32,000 nt of DNA from Amoeboradix gromovi X-113 (taxonomy: Eukaryota; Fungi; Sanchytriomycota): assembly GCA_018985225.1 (NCBI GenBank), contig JADGIF010000030.1, forward strand, positions 1 through 32,000, given 5' to 3'. The notes beneath the pieces were generated by a model. That model made no database searches, was not told where the DNA came from, and saw only the letters and a list, made by a program, of their open reading frames with translations. Below, piece after piece: positions 21,567 to 32,000 of this stretch. The translations under genes and the position numbers were made by a program. Every line of letters begins with the position of its first letter. Position 1 is the first letter of the stretch.

Positions 21567-23614
21567 GACATCATCTAATTGGTCAACGATAAAAATTACT
21601 ATAAACACCAAAGTCCGACAAGAAATAAAGTAGTCTGTATTGGTTCGATTATCAATTAAACAACAGCGCATTATTGGAACAAGTACTCATAGAAAGGTAT
21701 AAATAGCGCATCATCTTTTCTCATCATGTCAATCAGAAATCCTTTTCATTCTCAAGAGTCAAAATTCACACAGTCTCAATCGCTTACAACATTAGACTCT
21801 ATAGCACAGGGAAGTGAGGAGGAAGTGGAACCTATTGCCTTTGACAAGCCAGGCTGGTTGGAAAAATGTAAAAACTTGTCATGCTGTACTTTCAAATGTC
21901 TACAACTGACTCCACCAGATATACTAGCTTTATTTTCTGATAAATTTCAAGCCCTTGTTAAACCGGAACGTGATATATTCATCAAAGGTATCCTTTCAGC
22001 TTGTGAGGTGACAAGCTTGTCTAATAATATAACCAAAAAGCAATTCAAATATTCAGTCTATCCATTTGGAAAGGTATACAGAGGTGCTCTGACTACCTTG
22101 CTAACCATCTCTCGTCAACAATGTCAGAACATCATAAACGACTTGGATCATTTCAAGTCTAGAAATCATGGCAATACAGGCAAGGTATTTAATCATGCAC
22201 TAACGTCTCAAGAGAAAGCTTGCATAAAAGAATGGTTGTTTGACTTTGCTGATCTTCATGGCGAACAAAGACCTGGGAGAACGTATAGGTACAAACAGGC
22301 TAAGAGGACAAGAGACATTATACTTCTTTGGCTGCCTTCAGACTTTACCATCGACAAATTACATCAAATCTACTTGACAACTCAGAATGCCATTGCCATT
22401 GGATATGAGACATTTAGACGTTTATATCATGATTGTGATAGTATACGAATATGATCACTTAGAAGTGACATGTGTGATACGAGTATAGAATTCAAAATGC
22501 TATTGTCGTCCAGTGATCTTTCAGAAACAAGCTTGCTTCAAATCACAAAAGACTTTCATGATCATCTGAAACAAGCCAAAGTAGCTAGGCTAGACTATAA
22601 TCAATGCAAAGCAAGAGATGGAACAACTACACTTTCATTTGACTTTAGTCAGAATTTATGTCTACCTCAGTTAAAAGATCAGCCTTCAGAACTTTATTTT
22701 TTATCATTACTAAATGTTTCTTTGTTTGGAATCCATAACGAGTCGATAAAGAAACAAGTCAATTATGTGTATAGAGAAGATGAAGGCAAAAAAGGTAGTA
22801 ATAATGTAGCTAGTATGTTGGTAGACTACATCTACAGACTTTCAAATGATGCAAGGAAAAATCTAGTCTTGTTTGCAGACAACTGTGTTGGACAAAACAA
22901 AAACAATACCATCGTCAAGTTACTTTGCTGGTTTTGTGTGTCTGGGGTATGTGAGTCTATTCAATTGACTTTTATGATTAAAGGTCATACTAAATTTAGC
23001 CCAGACAGCTGCTTTGGTCATGTCAAAAAGAAATTCTATAGCCAAGATGTTTATACAGTGGGTCAAATAAAAGAGGTAGTGGAATCATCTTCTACTTCCA
23101 ATAGTAAATGCATTGAATTTCCTTCAAAGCGTTTTAAAGACTATCGTTCCAAGTTGGATTCCTTTTTCAATGATATTTCAGGTATTGCAGGCTATCAGTC
23201 CTTTATATTTAATTCCAGTAGGCCTGGTGTGGTTGTGTTGAAAAAGTTGATCAATGATCCATCAAGTTTAGATACCGTGATAGATCTTCGGAAAGATGAA
23301 CACTTGACTTTATATGAGTATGCTTTTCAACCTGAACTGCTAGAAAAGCCATGTCTGACGGAAAGAAAGAAAAAGGATTTGGGAAAGGTTATAAAGTACA
23401 TGCCTGAGCACGTGAGAGACACTTTGTTGAGTTGAATAAGAGAATAGGAGTAAAAGAAATTTATTCAGAATCATCTATTTTGTAATAGAAAACACAAACC
23501 TATCAACCAAAATACACATTTTAAATGTATTGACCACAAATCTAGAATTAGACAAAATCGATGAACTCAATAAAAATCCTTTATTAACTTCTTTTCGACC
23601 AATTAATACATGTC
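21567..23614 (+). mobile_element. Sola-like DNA transposon with degenerate TIRs
   Basis: GACATCATCTAATTGGTC (21567) versus the reverse complement of 23597-23614 (GACATGTATTAATTGGTC), 14/18 identical; flanks AAAT/CAAT; encloses a transposase. Confidence 0.5.
21726..23435 (+). pseudogene. Sola-type DDD transposase with one premature TGA (22452-22454)
   Basis: The two ORFs are in the same frame (RI*SLRSDMCDT). Motifs SFDFSQNL.LP, LYF..LNV..FGIH, EG.KGSN.VAS, LFADNC.GQNKN, GHTKFSPD..FG. Confidence 0.8.
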
Positions 23615-23838
23615 CAATAACAAAAGTCTTCTTTAATTGGTCAGATACCATGTTACACGGTTATGATTGGTCATGTTCTTTGGACAATACTTGTAAACAA
23701 ATCAGGAACCATTCAGCTATTGCGTGTGAGCGTACTGGTCATTATTTCATTCACACTCGATTTCTATGGGTAACAGTCTAACTAATGAGCTCCATTTTAT
23801 CCGTAATGAATGTACTAAATGATAAAACAAGTTTTGAT

Positions 23839-24150
23839 TTAATAGTAATTCTGACGAAATAAACCTAGGTTCAAAGAGGTTTCTTGAAATACATCAGTGA
23901 TTCCCATATTAAGTGCTTGACTAATGCAATCATCTGCTGTTTGAATGTCATTACGCAAGAGCAGTGCCAACACAACTGGCTTTAAATAAGGGAGACGAGG
24001 CATGAGGTTCTTTCTAAAAAAGTGGATATCCATGGTCTTTATCCAATTAAAAAAATCTCTTGATTGGTTTCGATTGCCTTTGCCGTACTTGTCAAGATAC
24101 GTGTAGTGAAGTGTGTAGACAAACGATTTGGTGTGTGGACCCGTCCTCAT
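23839..24150 (-). CDS. hypothetical protein or fragment
   Basis: 103-aa ORF in the accessory region; no family recognised. Confidence 0.3.
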   Translation of the reverse strand: MRTGPHTKSFVYTLHYTYLDKYGKGNRNQSRDFFNWIKTMDIHFFRKNLMPRLPYLKPVVLALLLRNDIQTADDCISQALNMGITDVFQETSLNLGLFRQNYY

Positions 24151-24219
24151 ATATTCGTTAGCTATCGTAAATTATACCAGTAATATTTCTGTACAGCCAA
24201 AAATAGATTAAATATACAT

Positions 24220-24455
24220 GGGACACGATCTGTGGAAACTAGACTAGGAAAAAATCACGATTCTCTATAAATTCAATTTTAAACTTTTTATCACTTTTAC
24301 ATTGTGAATACTAGACTAGGATTGTTTGACCTGATTTACAGGGTAAAAGCAATAGTTTTTTTAGTTTGAAAGGACTTTCATTAATAATAGTATTTCCTTC
24401 TTATGGAGCACCTCCTTTAAAGACGACTTGGTCCAGTTTTTATATTTGGTGTCCT
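24220..24455. repeat. MITE-like unit bounded by inverted copies of the 29-bp motif
   Basis: Direct copies at 24220-24248 and 24303-24320; inverted degenerate copy at 24427-24455 (19/29 identical). Confidence 0.5.
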
Positions 24456-24457
24456 AG

Positions 24458-24650
24458 TTTATAAACTGTCATTTGGAAATACATAGGCACCGTATGGCAG
24501 CAAGAACAAATGCTTGAATTATATGCATTCCTGTTATATCCCACGTCAGAACAGTGGAAGCGCGGCAACCGCTCTGACTTAGAGGCTGGTATTATTAATC
24601 TCACTTTGGAAAATTTCAATTTTCTAGGAAGTTAGGGCTTTTATTGGAAG
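24458..24650 (+). mobile_element. TnpB/Fanzor2 3'-end relic with omegaRNA-like right end
   Basis: Translates NCHLEIHRHRMAAR...YMH; ~70% identical to 27349-27532. Confidence 0.72.
24520..24650 (+). ncRNA. putative omegaRNA scaffold (copy A)
   Basis: Stems GTCAGA/TCTGAC, GT-GGAA-GC, GCGG/CCGC, 24582-24602 and 24618-24633; co-varies with copy B. Confidence 0.55.
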
Positions 24651-25180
24651 ATGTGCCACTATACAAAATAAAGGTATGGAATTTGTAGTTAAGCCTAATT
24701 TTCTCAATCCCCAGTTCTGGAAATCAAGATCATGTCTTATCTTTCGCAAAAAGGATGGCTTTTTAACAGCATTCTATCAAAAAATCGTCATTCCATATAT
24801 GCGCTAACTGAAGTGAGCTTTGAAGATGGGGTTACGGATACTTGTTGATAAACTAGCCAAATCATTAACACGATATTATTAACCGGAGAGAAATCCATAT
24901 TGAACTCTGTTGTAATATAAGTAGATTTATTGAAACGCATACTCATGTTTTCCAAAGATATCCTTTGGCTGAATTCTGTACAAATCATTTGAGATTATTT
25001 CTTGAGCCAAGTTGGTATTAGGAAGCATAGGTCGCTCTAACTTACAATACATGTCAAAGTGGTTTGGTATAAGCACACCAGCAGAAACCTGAAGTGGTTT
25101 AATCATCTCTACTTCGTGCGGACTGGAATGGTTGTCAAATGGCTTTTTCAAGGTAGAAGTCATGTTTGAAAAATTCCTTC

Positions 25181-25909
25181 TCATTTTTCAAATATTTCCA
25201 GTTCTGACGCAAAGCCCAATGCATATCCCAGCGGAGAGCCTTCAAGATGCTTTCCTCGATCTCTTAGGTATCTGTCAAACCAGATTTTTTCTACTTTACT
25301 ACGAGCAGTAGTTCTATAACGGCGATTGTATTTTTTATCGAAAGAACTGTCATTTGCAGTTGCAAAAAATTCTTGGTCACCTTTTTTTACATTCGGAGCT
25401 TCTTTTACTTCTGATAGATTACAGTCTTCACTTTTAACCTTATCGCGTGTTGCTATTGGCTTTTCTATCGAATAAAAAGATAAATTTGCTTCACAAATTG
25501 ATTCTGTTTGTATAGATTTCGATTGATATTCTTTTTTAGATATAATTTTATGCTGCTTTTCAAATTTTAATTCAAAATATGATTGACGACTTGAACTTTT
25601 AAAGGTTCTGAATAAGATATGGGATACCGTTAACAGCAGCCAGATGATGACGATCAGAGATGTGTTGGGTGAATCGCATCTGTCAGTGTCCATATCCCCC
25701 AATATCGGTAAATTCGTCAAATCTAAGTGGGAATTACTAGACCTGTTATTTTTAGTGGGGTAGTCAACAAAGCATGGATTTTTTATACTTATAATTTCGC
25801 ATTGGCGTCCCAACGTTTTCTTAAGATTTATTTGGCGCGCATCTACATCTTTGAACGCAAAATCTTTCTTCTCCTTTTCTTTAAAGAAAGTATATCCCCA
25901 ATTCGTCAT
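25181..25909 (-). CDS. hypothetical protein with one predicted TM segment
   Basis: 242-aa ORF with LIVIIWLLLTVSHILF; downstream short ORFs (24788-25184) could not be joined. Confidence 0.5.
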   Translation of the reverse strand: MTNWGYTFFKEKEKKDFAFKDVDARQINLKKTLGRQCEIISIKNPCFVDYPTKNNRSSNSHLDLTNLPILGDMDTDRCDSPNTSLIVIIWLLLTVSHILFRTFKSSSRQSYFELKFEKQHKIISKKEYQSKSIQTESICEANLSFYSIEKPIATRDKVKSEDCNLSEVKEAPNVKKGDQEFFATANDSSFDKKYNRRYRTTARSKVEKIWFDRYLRDRGKHLEGSPLGYALGFASELEIFEK

Positions 25910-26008
25910 AATTACCCATTAAAGAGATACCAGAGTTTAAATAACTTTTTGTAAAATAAATAGCTGGATATTTACATATCCTAAAATAAGCAACTTAATT
26001 TTCAAACA

Positions 26009-26945
26009 ATGGAATTATTATTTGACACCAAGTCTTTTAATTACGATGATCTTGTTTTAAAAGATGATTTAACAACTGAAAATAGCGTTTGTGCAATTAA
26101 CTACTCCGAGGACTTTCGACAGCTGCATCTTGCCTGGATCCAGCTCCACGAGGAAGAAAGCGAACGTGTATTCCATTTATCAACACTCTTAATTCAGCGT
26201 AATCCGTCACATTACACTGTGTATATTGATAGAATTAAAATGGTAAAAGTGCTTAAAAAATCCTTGACAAATGAACTACAATTTATTAACGAAATTATTA
26301 TGAGCAACCAAAAAAACTATCAGGTTTGGAACTATCGCCAAAGCATTGTGATGCTATTGCTGGAAGATTTGGAAGCTGAAGTCGGCAGGAACGCTGTGAT
26401 TCCTACAGAGCACATCGAATTTCAATCAAAAGCGCAACTTATCGAAAGCGAGTTGGATTTTGTGCATGACGGACTGGAAATTGAACCCAAGAATTATCAT
26501 GCATTCACATATCTCTATCACCTTTTGCCTTGGTTCAATGAAAAGATATTGAGCAATGAATTATTGTTTACGCTAGAACAAATAAACGTTGATGTTTATA
26601 ACAACTCTATTTGGCATTACAGAATGCAGTTGCTTAAGAAATCAAAAGATTGGAAAGAGTCAGAAATTGAACTTGTATTGGCGAGTCTAGAGAAGTCAAA
26701 GGAAAACGAAAGTGTTTGGGCACATATTGCTGGGTATCAATAACTTACGTAGAATAGAGGATGCTGTTGGAAACCTTCAAGCTATATACGACTACTGTAT
26801 CCAGGATAAAAGCCCTTCGATACACTCTTACTGTTATTTAGTTGAACACGGATATCCAGTAGAAAAATGTATTGACGAAATGATAAGGATTGACCCAATT
26901 AGGCAAGACTTTTGGAGAACTTACTTGCAAGAGTACAATAAATAG
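26009..26945 (+). CDS. RAM2: protein farnesyltransferase/GGTase-I alpha subunit (exons 26009-26733, 26753-26945)
   Basis: PPTA repeats NPSHYTV, KNYQVW.YR, PKNYHA, YNNSIW.YR, NESVW; C-terminal DPIR..FW after the 19-nt intron. Confidence 0.92.
26734..26752 (+). other. 19-nt intron GTATCAATAACTTACGTAG
   Basis: Removal joins HIAG to IEDAVG...DPIRQDFW; retention gives an in-frame TAA. Confidence 0.88.
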
Positions 26946-27005
26946 TAGTAAGTCTATTTCTTGTTTTCGTGTGGAGCGAGAGAGATATGCCGCATCAAAC
27001 ACATG

Positions 27006-27532
27006 CAGCTCGATTGTTTCGCGAATAAATCATTTCAAGACTTTTCCAGATTTATCTAATAGCTTAAATACTAGATATCCTTCCTATTCGCAAATGGTAA
27101 ATCAATTCTAAAGAAATAACTAAAAGGTACAGCATACATTCATCAACACTCAGGAATTGGTCGAAAAATGGAACGATTAGATGTCTTTCAATGCCTAGAA
27201 AAAGATCAACCATAAATAAACCAATATACCATTTATTTAATAATTCGCGTGTCTTGCATGTGCAATAACGCGATGTCTTAATACTCATGATGAATGTGCA
27301 AGCTGTGGCAATCTAAAGAAAACCAATTTGGAGAGTTGCACTTGTACCAATTGTCATTTGGAGATATAAAGAGACCATATGCAGCAAGGAATATACATCA
27401 AGTATATGCATCCTTATTCAATCCCGCCTCAGGGTAGTGAAAGCGTGAGCAATCACTGTAACGGAGATCTAGCATTGCTAGTTTCTCTGTGGAAATTCTC
27501 GATTTTCTCGGAAATCAGGTCTTTTAACGAGG
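27006..27532 (+). mobile_element. internally deleted IS607/Fanzor2 element: left end, TnpA relic, TnpB C-terminal relic, right end
   Basis: 27101-27268 reads INSKEITKRYSIHSSTLRNWSKNGTIRCLSMPRKR...NSRVLHVQ* (HTH plus possible decayed YARVS..Q). 27295-27395 reads CASCGNLKKTNLESCTCTNCHLEI*RDH/AARNI. The element ends ...CTTTTAACGAGG. Confidence 0.78.
27400..27532 (+). ncRNA. putative omegaRNA scaffold (copy B)
   Basis: Hairpins GT-GAAA-GC, GTGA-GCAA-TCAC (27445-27456), CTAGC-ATT-GCTAG (within 27464-27485), GATTTT-CTCG-GAAATC (27501-27516), directly after the TnpB end. Confidence 0.6.
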
Positions 27533-27730
27533 TCATAGAAAATATACTGAGAAATTTTTATAAAGCTAAATGGCTAAGAAGAGGAAGTGATAACAGATTA
27601 TGGTTTGAACGCATAAGTGATAGAGAATGGAATTAATATCCGACTATGTCCACTTCAAATATTGCTTAAAGAATTTTGTTCTAGTTTTTATATAGCACGC
27701 ATTATGTGAAATGCTCAATTAAATGATTTA

Positions 27731-28318
27731 TTAGCCCAAAATTAAAATAGGCTTCAAATAAGATACAAATGCCTCATATTTGGCCTCTTTTAAACCAGGA
27801 ATATTTTTGATCGTCTGCGAAATAGGTAGCTCATTGTAATATATCAAAATAGTTGGGATATTCTTAGTTGGATAGTTTGGAATAGCAGTCTTTCCAGGAA
27901 TAGCACAAAATTTAACATTGCCAAAATCGGCTGCAGCTCGATCCATGAATCTACTAAGTACTTGAGATTCTTCAGATCCGTCAAACAATAAAACGACTAC
28001 AATATCTTTACGACTAGCAACAGTAACGTGTTCTTTATACTCAGTTTGTGAAATTTGAAAAACACTACCATACTTGATGTTCTTCATTCTTTCCATGTCT
28101 TTCAATCTTTCAAATCGAAGCTTTTGCAAGATTTGCTCTTCCTGGTCCCCAGATTCTTCTAGCAACAAATCAATTTCATCTTTGTTTAGTTTATCAAACG
28201 GATCTTCGTATACCTCTTCGACTTCTTCAGGCTCTTCCTGTCTTTTTATTATTCCATGTTGAACTAAAGCGTCATCCCACTCAGTGGTAACCTTTCCGTA
28301 GTTGTTATTTGAAATCAT
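27731..28318 (-). CDS. PLP2: phosducin-like protein (PLP2/PDCL3)
   Basis: TEWDDAL..HGI, YGSV.QIS..EY...V..AS, VKF..I, IPNYP.KN.PTI.IY. Confidence 0.92.
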   Translation of the reverse strand: MISNNNYGKVTTEWDDALVQHGIIKRQEEPEEVEEVYEDPFDKLNKDEIDLLLEESGDQEEQILQKLRFERLKDMERMKNIKYGSVFQISQTEYKEHVTVASRKDIVVVLLFDGSEESQVLSRFMDRAAADFGNVKFCAIPGKTAIPNYPTKNIPTILIYYNELPISQTIKNIPGLKEAKYEAFVSYLKPILILG

Positions 28319-28605
28319 CAAGGTGTTTCAATTTCACAAACGAGTTATTGATATTGGCAAAGAACGTGATGTACGTTCCATAAAATACACAAAAAAATTT
28401 ATTTCTGATTTAACGTCTCTGTTCATAAATTGTGCACGAGAATTAGATTTTATGGCAACACCTCAGAACCGGGTTGAATTTTTATTTAAATCTTAGACAT
28501 GGACAGCTGTTCAGTTTCTCGTGATTTTTAATGCATGTAGCCATAGCTAGCTAGCGTTTTCGAGTTCTGGAAAGTTGATCAAACTCCTTGCATCAAAAAC
28601 TAGAA

Positions 28606-31353
28606 ATGAGTCATCCTATTAGTCACGGAAATTGTATTTTGTATTTAATTTAGGTGGCAGATTTGTATACATTGAGCCGGAGAAGATCGGAGAGTCCTAT
28701 GTCATTGCTCGCATTATGCAAAAGAGAAACAACAAATATTTAATGAATGCGTTCTTTAGACCTTCTGAAGTTCTCTCTGGAAAAAGCTTTAACGATAGAA
28801 TGTTGGTAGCATCTACACAGTCCAAATGGTACGAGCAAAGTAAAATTGTCGGAGATTGCCAAGTCTTGCACATCTCTCAAATATACGATCTAGAAAAGTT
28901 TTCTCAAATAGAAGACAACTTTTATTTTGAACAGCTTTACGACCTTTATGCCAAAGAAATATATGATCTTGCCAGATCCAACTTGACTAGATTAGCGGAA
29001 GACAAGGTTACTAATCTTATGCACTTTCCATTTATCTATGTAGAAGTGGGACACACTTTGGACATTATCAATGGTACAGGGTGGTGCGGTATCTGTAAAG
29101 ACTACTGCCTTCCTTTGAAACCAGAAGACAATTGCTTTGAGTGTGCTGGCTGCTTGAATCGTTATCACTTTGATTGCTTTGATCTTAACGACATGCTGGA
29201 TACGAATAGACAGTTGTGCAATATGTGCTACAATGAAAAGAAAGAGGTTGGCTGGATTAACAGTTCTGAATCAAACTTGAAGTTATTGACTACTTTTAAA
29301 GATTTCGACATATCTCCAATTGACATAAATAGTCTGCAGTTGGAATGGCCATTTAGGTATTTCGGAATTCATACGAATGAAGAATCTGCCATTGATATAG
29401 ACTACAGTATTGTCTTTCCTCGTTGTTCAGTTAAAGTTGGTCAGTCTTTGCAAGTTAAAATCCCTAAACTTCAAAGTGACACGGACTCATCTGAAGAGGT
29501 TTCAACCATTGAAGAGGAGCAGGACCTTTGGCTTATACGATACGGAAAACAGTTGCAGCAGCAAATGGACGATGAACCTCAAGTAGATCGTACTACATTA
29601 GATCATTTAAAATTTAGTAGACCTGACAATATCAGTGTAAATGAAATTAGTACATTTGTGAAGTCCACTTGCTCTAGATTATTGGGTCAGGCTAAAGGAT
29701 CCTGTCAATTTCAGCAATATTTGTATGAGTTATTATATAATAACGGCTTTGATTTTAACAAAACAGAGCGAGAATGCAAAAACATATCACTAAGATACAT
29801 TTTTAACCATGACTCTTTCAGCAATGACTCCATATTTCCATTACCTAGGCCTGTGCGGTGGTTGGAAGATATACAGTTTGGTGAAAATGGTGAGAAGCTG
29901 ATTCCGCTTATTAAAGAGCGTGGTCACGTAATATATAAGATTGCCGAATCTTTAAAACTGCCTACAAAAGTCATCTGTCAATTTTTTGCAATGTGGAAAA
30001 AGACGGATATTCAAAGAGAAGCCTACGATTATTATTTAAAAAAGTACATGAATACCAAAAAGTTCGGTAAGAATGCTCTTGAACCTCTGGATGTTGTCAA
30101 ACCAGAAATAGAGATAAACAACATTCATGAGACTGACATGGACGAAAGCAGTGATGGCGACGGCGAAAGTAGTACGGGTGGTGGTCAAATTAGCACTCCA
30201 CATTGCGATAACTGTTATAGTACTAATCCAGGTACTCTAGTTCCTACTACTATATTTCAAGGCAGACATTCGAAAAAGAGAAGGGAAATGTTTTGCAAGT
30301 CATGTGGCGCATTTTGGTTGAAGTACGCATCGACTAAAGCGGTAACAAAAGACAAAAAAACCACCAACAAATCGCAGTTATATGAATCCGGTAGAAGAAA
30401 TAGACGTAACAGCAATCAACAGCAGACTAGCTTTCAATCAGTACCACCGCGAAGTATTATTCCACATGTGCCGTACTTAAAATTAATTTAGTTGTGGTGT
30501 TTGCTTAGACGATATAAAAACAGATGAAAAAGGACTAGTAACAGACAATTCTGCCGTAAGGTGCGTATCCTGTGGCATTGTTGTTCACAAGATTTGCTAT
30601 GATATTCCACGGTTTATTAAGGATGACGAGTTGTGGAAGTGTGATGTTTGCGTTAAAGGTGTAAATAAGGAATCATGCTGTCTCTGCGGCAAGATAGATC
30701 CACAGGTAACTGCATGCAAAGCATTTCAGGGCAATATAGCACACGCAGTATGTTTATATACAAACGATTCGTTCATGTTTAGCAAGGTAGATGGTATTCG
30801 TGAGCCTATATTATACAAGGATATAGTTGATACGCAAGATTTAAGCTGTATATACTGCCATCAATCTGTTGGATGGAAGACATGTTGTGTAATGAGTGGA
30901 TGTCAAAGATGGTTCCATTCTTGTTGCGCAACGCGAAGCAATGCAGCGTTTACTTTCTTTGACAAGTCCATGAGGTTCTTTTGCTCAGAACACATGTGTC
31001 CAATGGTTCCGTATGATATTCATGACTCGATAACTGCTATAAAATCAAATAAAAGATCTACAAAAATGATAAAGATACAAGAAGAATTGAGATACAAAAG
31101 AACCGAATTGGGAAAAGTAACTACACCAAAATTCGATAGAAGCTTTACTCTGAATCTGTACTGTGACCCAAAAATAGATGTATACAAAGCAGCGTCAAAG
31201 AGAACGATGAGGAAATCCAGTGCTCACATGAAAATACCAGAGTTTCCAAGCTGCTCATGCTGTTTGGGAATAGCATATCCGGTGTTATGGTTAGACGACA
31301 CTTGGAAATGCATTAAATGCGTTAGATTGAATAATAAAAAGCTCAATAAATAA
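28606..31353 (+). CDS. SNT2: Snt2-like chromatin E3 ligase (BAH, PHD, ELM2/SANT-like, GATA-like finger, PHD + ePHD); exons 28606-28633, 28654-30472, 30492-31353
   Basis: BAH (VYIEP..GE.Y.IARIM, F.RP), PHD, WPFRYFG.H, C.NC...C..C..FWLKYA; second PHD restored by the 19-nt intron. Confidence 0.85.
28634..28653 (+). other. 20-nt intron GTATTTTGTATTTAATTTAG
   Basis: Links ATG 28606 in frame to the BAH exon; same 3' pattern as the other introns. An alternative 20-nt intron at 28641-28660 is also in frame but fits the consensus worse. Confidence 0.65.
30473..30491 (+). other. 19-nt intron GTACTTAAAATTAATTTAG
   Basis: Removal gives HVPCGVCLDD...CVSCGIVVHKICY...WKCDVC, a complete PHD finger. Confidence 0.9.
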
Positions 31354-31370
31354 TACTCACAAGATTTACT

Positions 31371-32000
31371 TTAACTCGCAACTACAGAAATTCCAGTAGA
31401 AGTTTGGACGCATTTTGTTCCTTGTGCCATCGCCATCGTGTAACCATCAGCGATATAAGCTTTCCCATCATTAGAGCAAGTGTAAGCATTTGCATTAGGT
31501 CCATGTGGTGGTGGGTATGATGGAGGTAGAGGGCCACTAAGTCCCACAGGTGGTGAGGGTTCTTTCGTCGCAGGAACTTTTATCGAAGATGGTATTACTG
31601 GACTAGGTGGTGCTGCTACGGGAATATTTGATTTGTACTTAGCAGGTGACGAATTGCCAGAGATGTTGACGTCCAGGCATGATTGATAATCTTCAATGGC
31701 CTGGGGTCCTAGATGAGCTGCAGCAACTTTAATAATCAAAACGCAGTGATCACATTTTACATTTGGAATATCTACACTCATTGCCTGATTTGTTGAAATA
31801 CAGTTTGACTCTTGGTTTAGCGCAATATCTTTACCACCTTCTCTTAAATACGCAGAGCATAGTCCGACATGCGAGGCATGGTTTCCAATTTCAAAAGGAA
31901 AAACATTGACGCCTGGCCGAATAGATTTAGGTGCAACCGCAGGCAAATCATTGCAGTCTAACACTGATCTTAAGGTAGCCCCTCCACCCACCGGCCAAAA
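31371..32000 (-). CDS. LPMO-like (AA10/AA11-fold) protein with Pro-rich linker and CBM19-like tail; 5' end outside window
   Basis: H.G.C..YL, IP...C.HCVL, E.YQSC.DV.I.G, Pro/Ser linker, C-terminal TC...G..Y......GTKC. Confidence 0.5.
   Translation of the reverse strand, partial: FWPVGGGATLRSVLDCNDLPAVAPKSIRPGVNVFPFEIGNHASHVGLCSAYLREGGKDIALNQESNCISTNQAMSVDIPNVKCDHCVLIIKVAAAHLGPQAIEDYQSCLDVNISGNSSPAKYKSNIPVAAPPSPVIPSSIKVPATKEPSPPVGLSGPLPPSYPPPHGPNANAYTCSNDGKAYIADGYTMAMAQGTKCVQTSTGISVVAS

Noticed and set aside
22452-22454. TGA readthrough or selenocysteine in the transposase
   Set aside because: A simple nonsense mutation in a decaying TE is more parsimonious; a nearby conserved Cys also appears lost.
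28330-28600. Possible ncRNA (GAACGT/ACGTTC hairpin, AGCTAGCT palindrome) between PLP2 and SNT2
   Set aside because: No snRNA, snoRNA or tRNA signature recognised; probably a divergent promoter.

Overview
This window looks like an AT-rich, very compact eukaryotic nuclear genome using the standard code, with intergenic gaps often 17-50 bp. The gene content (ADE12, mitochondrial IleRS, MED8, RSC58-like, EME1, PCF11, AMD1, DNAAF4-like, RCL1, RAM2, PLP2, SNT2, LPMO-like) suggests a reduced early-diverging fungus or close relative; this is an inference. All product calls are from motif recognition by eye, not database searches. Every split gene I could repair is repaired by a 19-20-nt GT-AG intron with a fixed T(-8)/A(-6) branch-like motif. 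Mobile relics are interspersed: (i) three pieces of an IS607/TnpB (Fanzor2-type) family, two ending in a co-varying omegaRNA-like structure; (ii) a Fanzor1-like ORF fragment fused to one IS607 left-end relic and running off the left edge; (iii) a Sola-like DDD transposon; (iv) a dispersed ~29-bp motif, one copy of which contains the PCF11 start codon. An accessory island (~18.2-24.8 kb) also carries a SWIM + ART-fold (DUF3990-like) gene and a PPPDE peptidase pseudogene.
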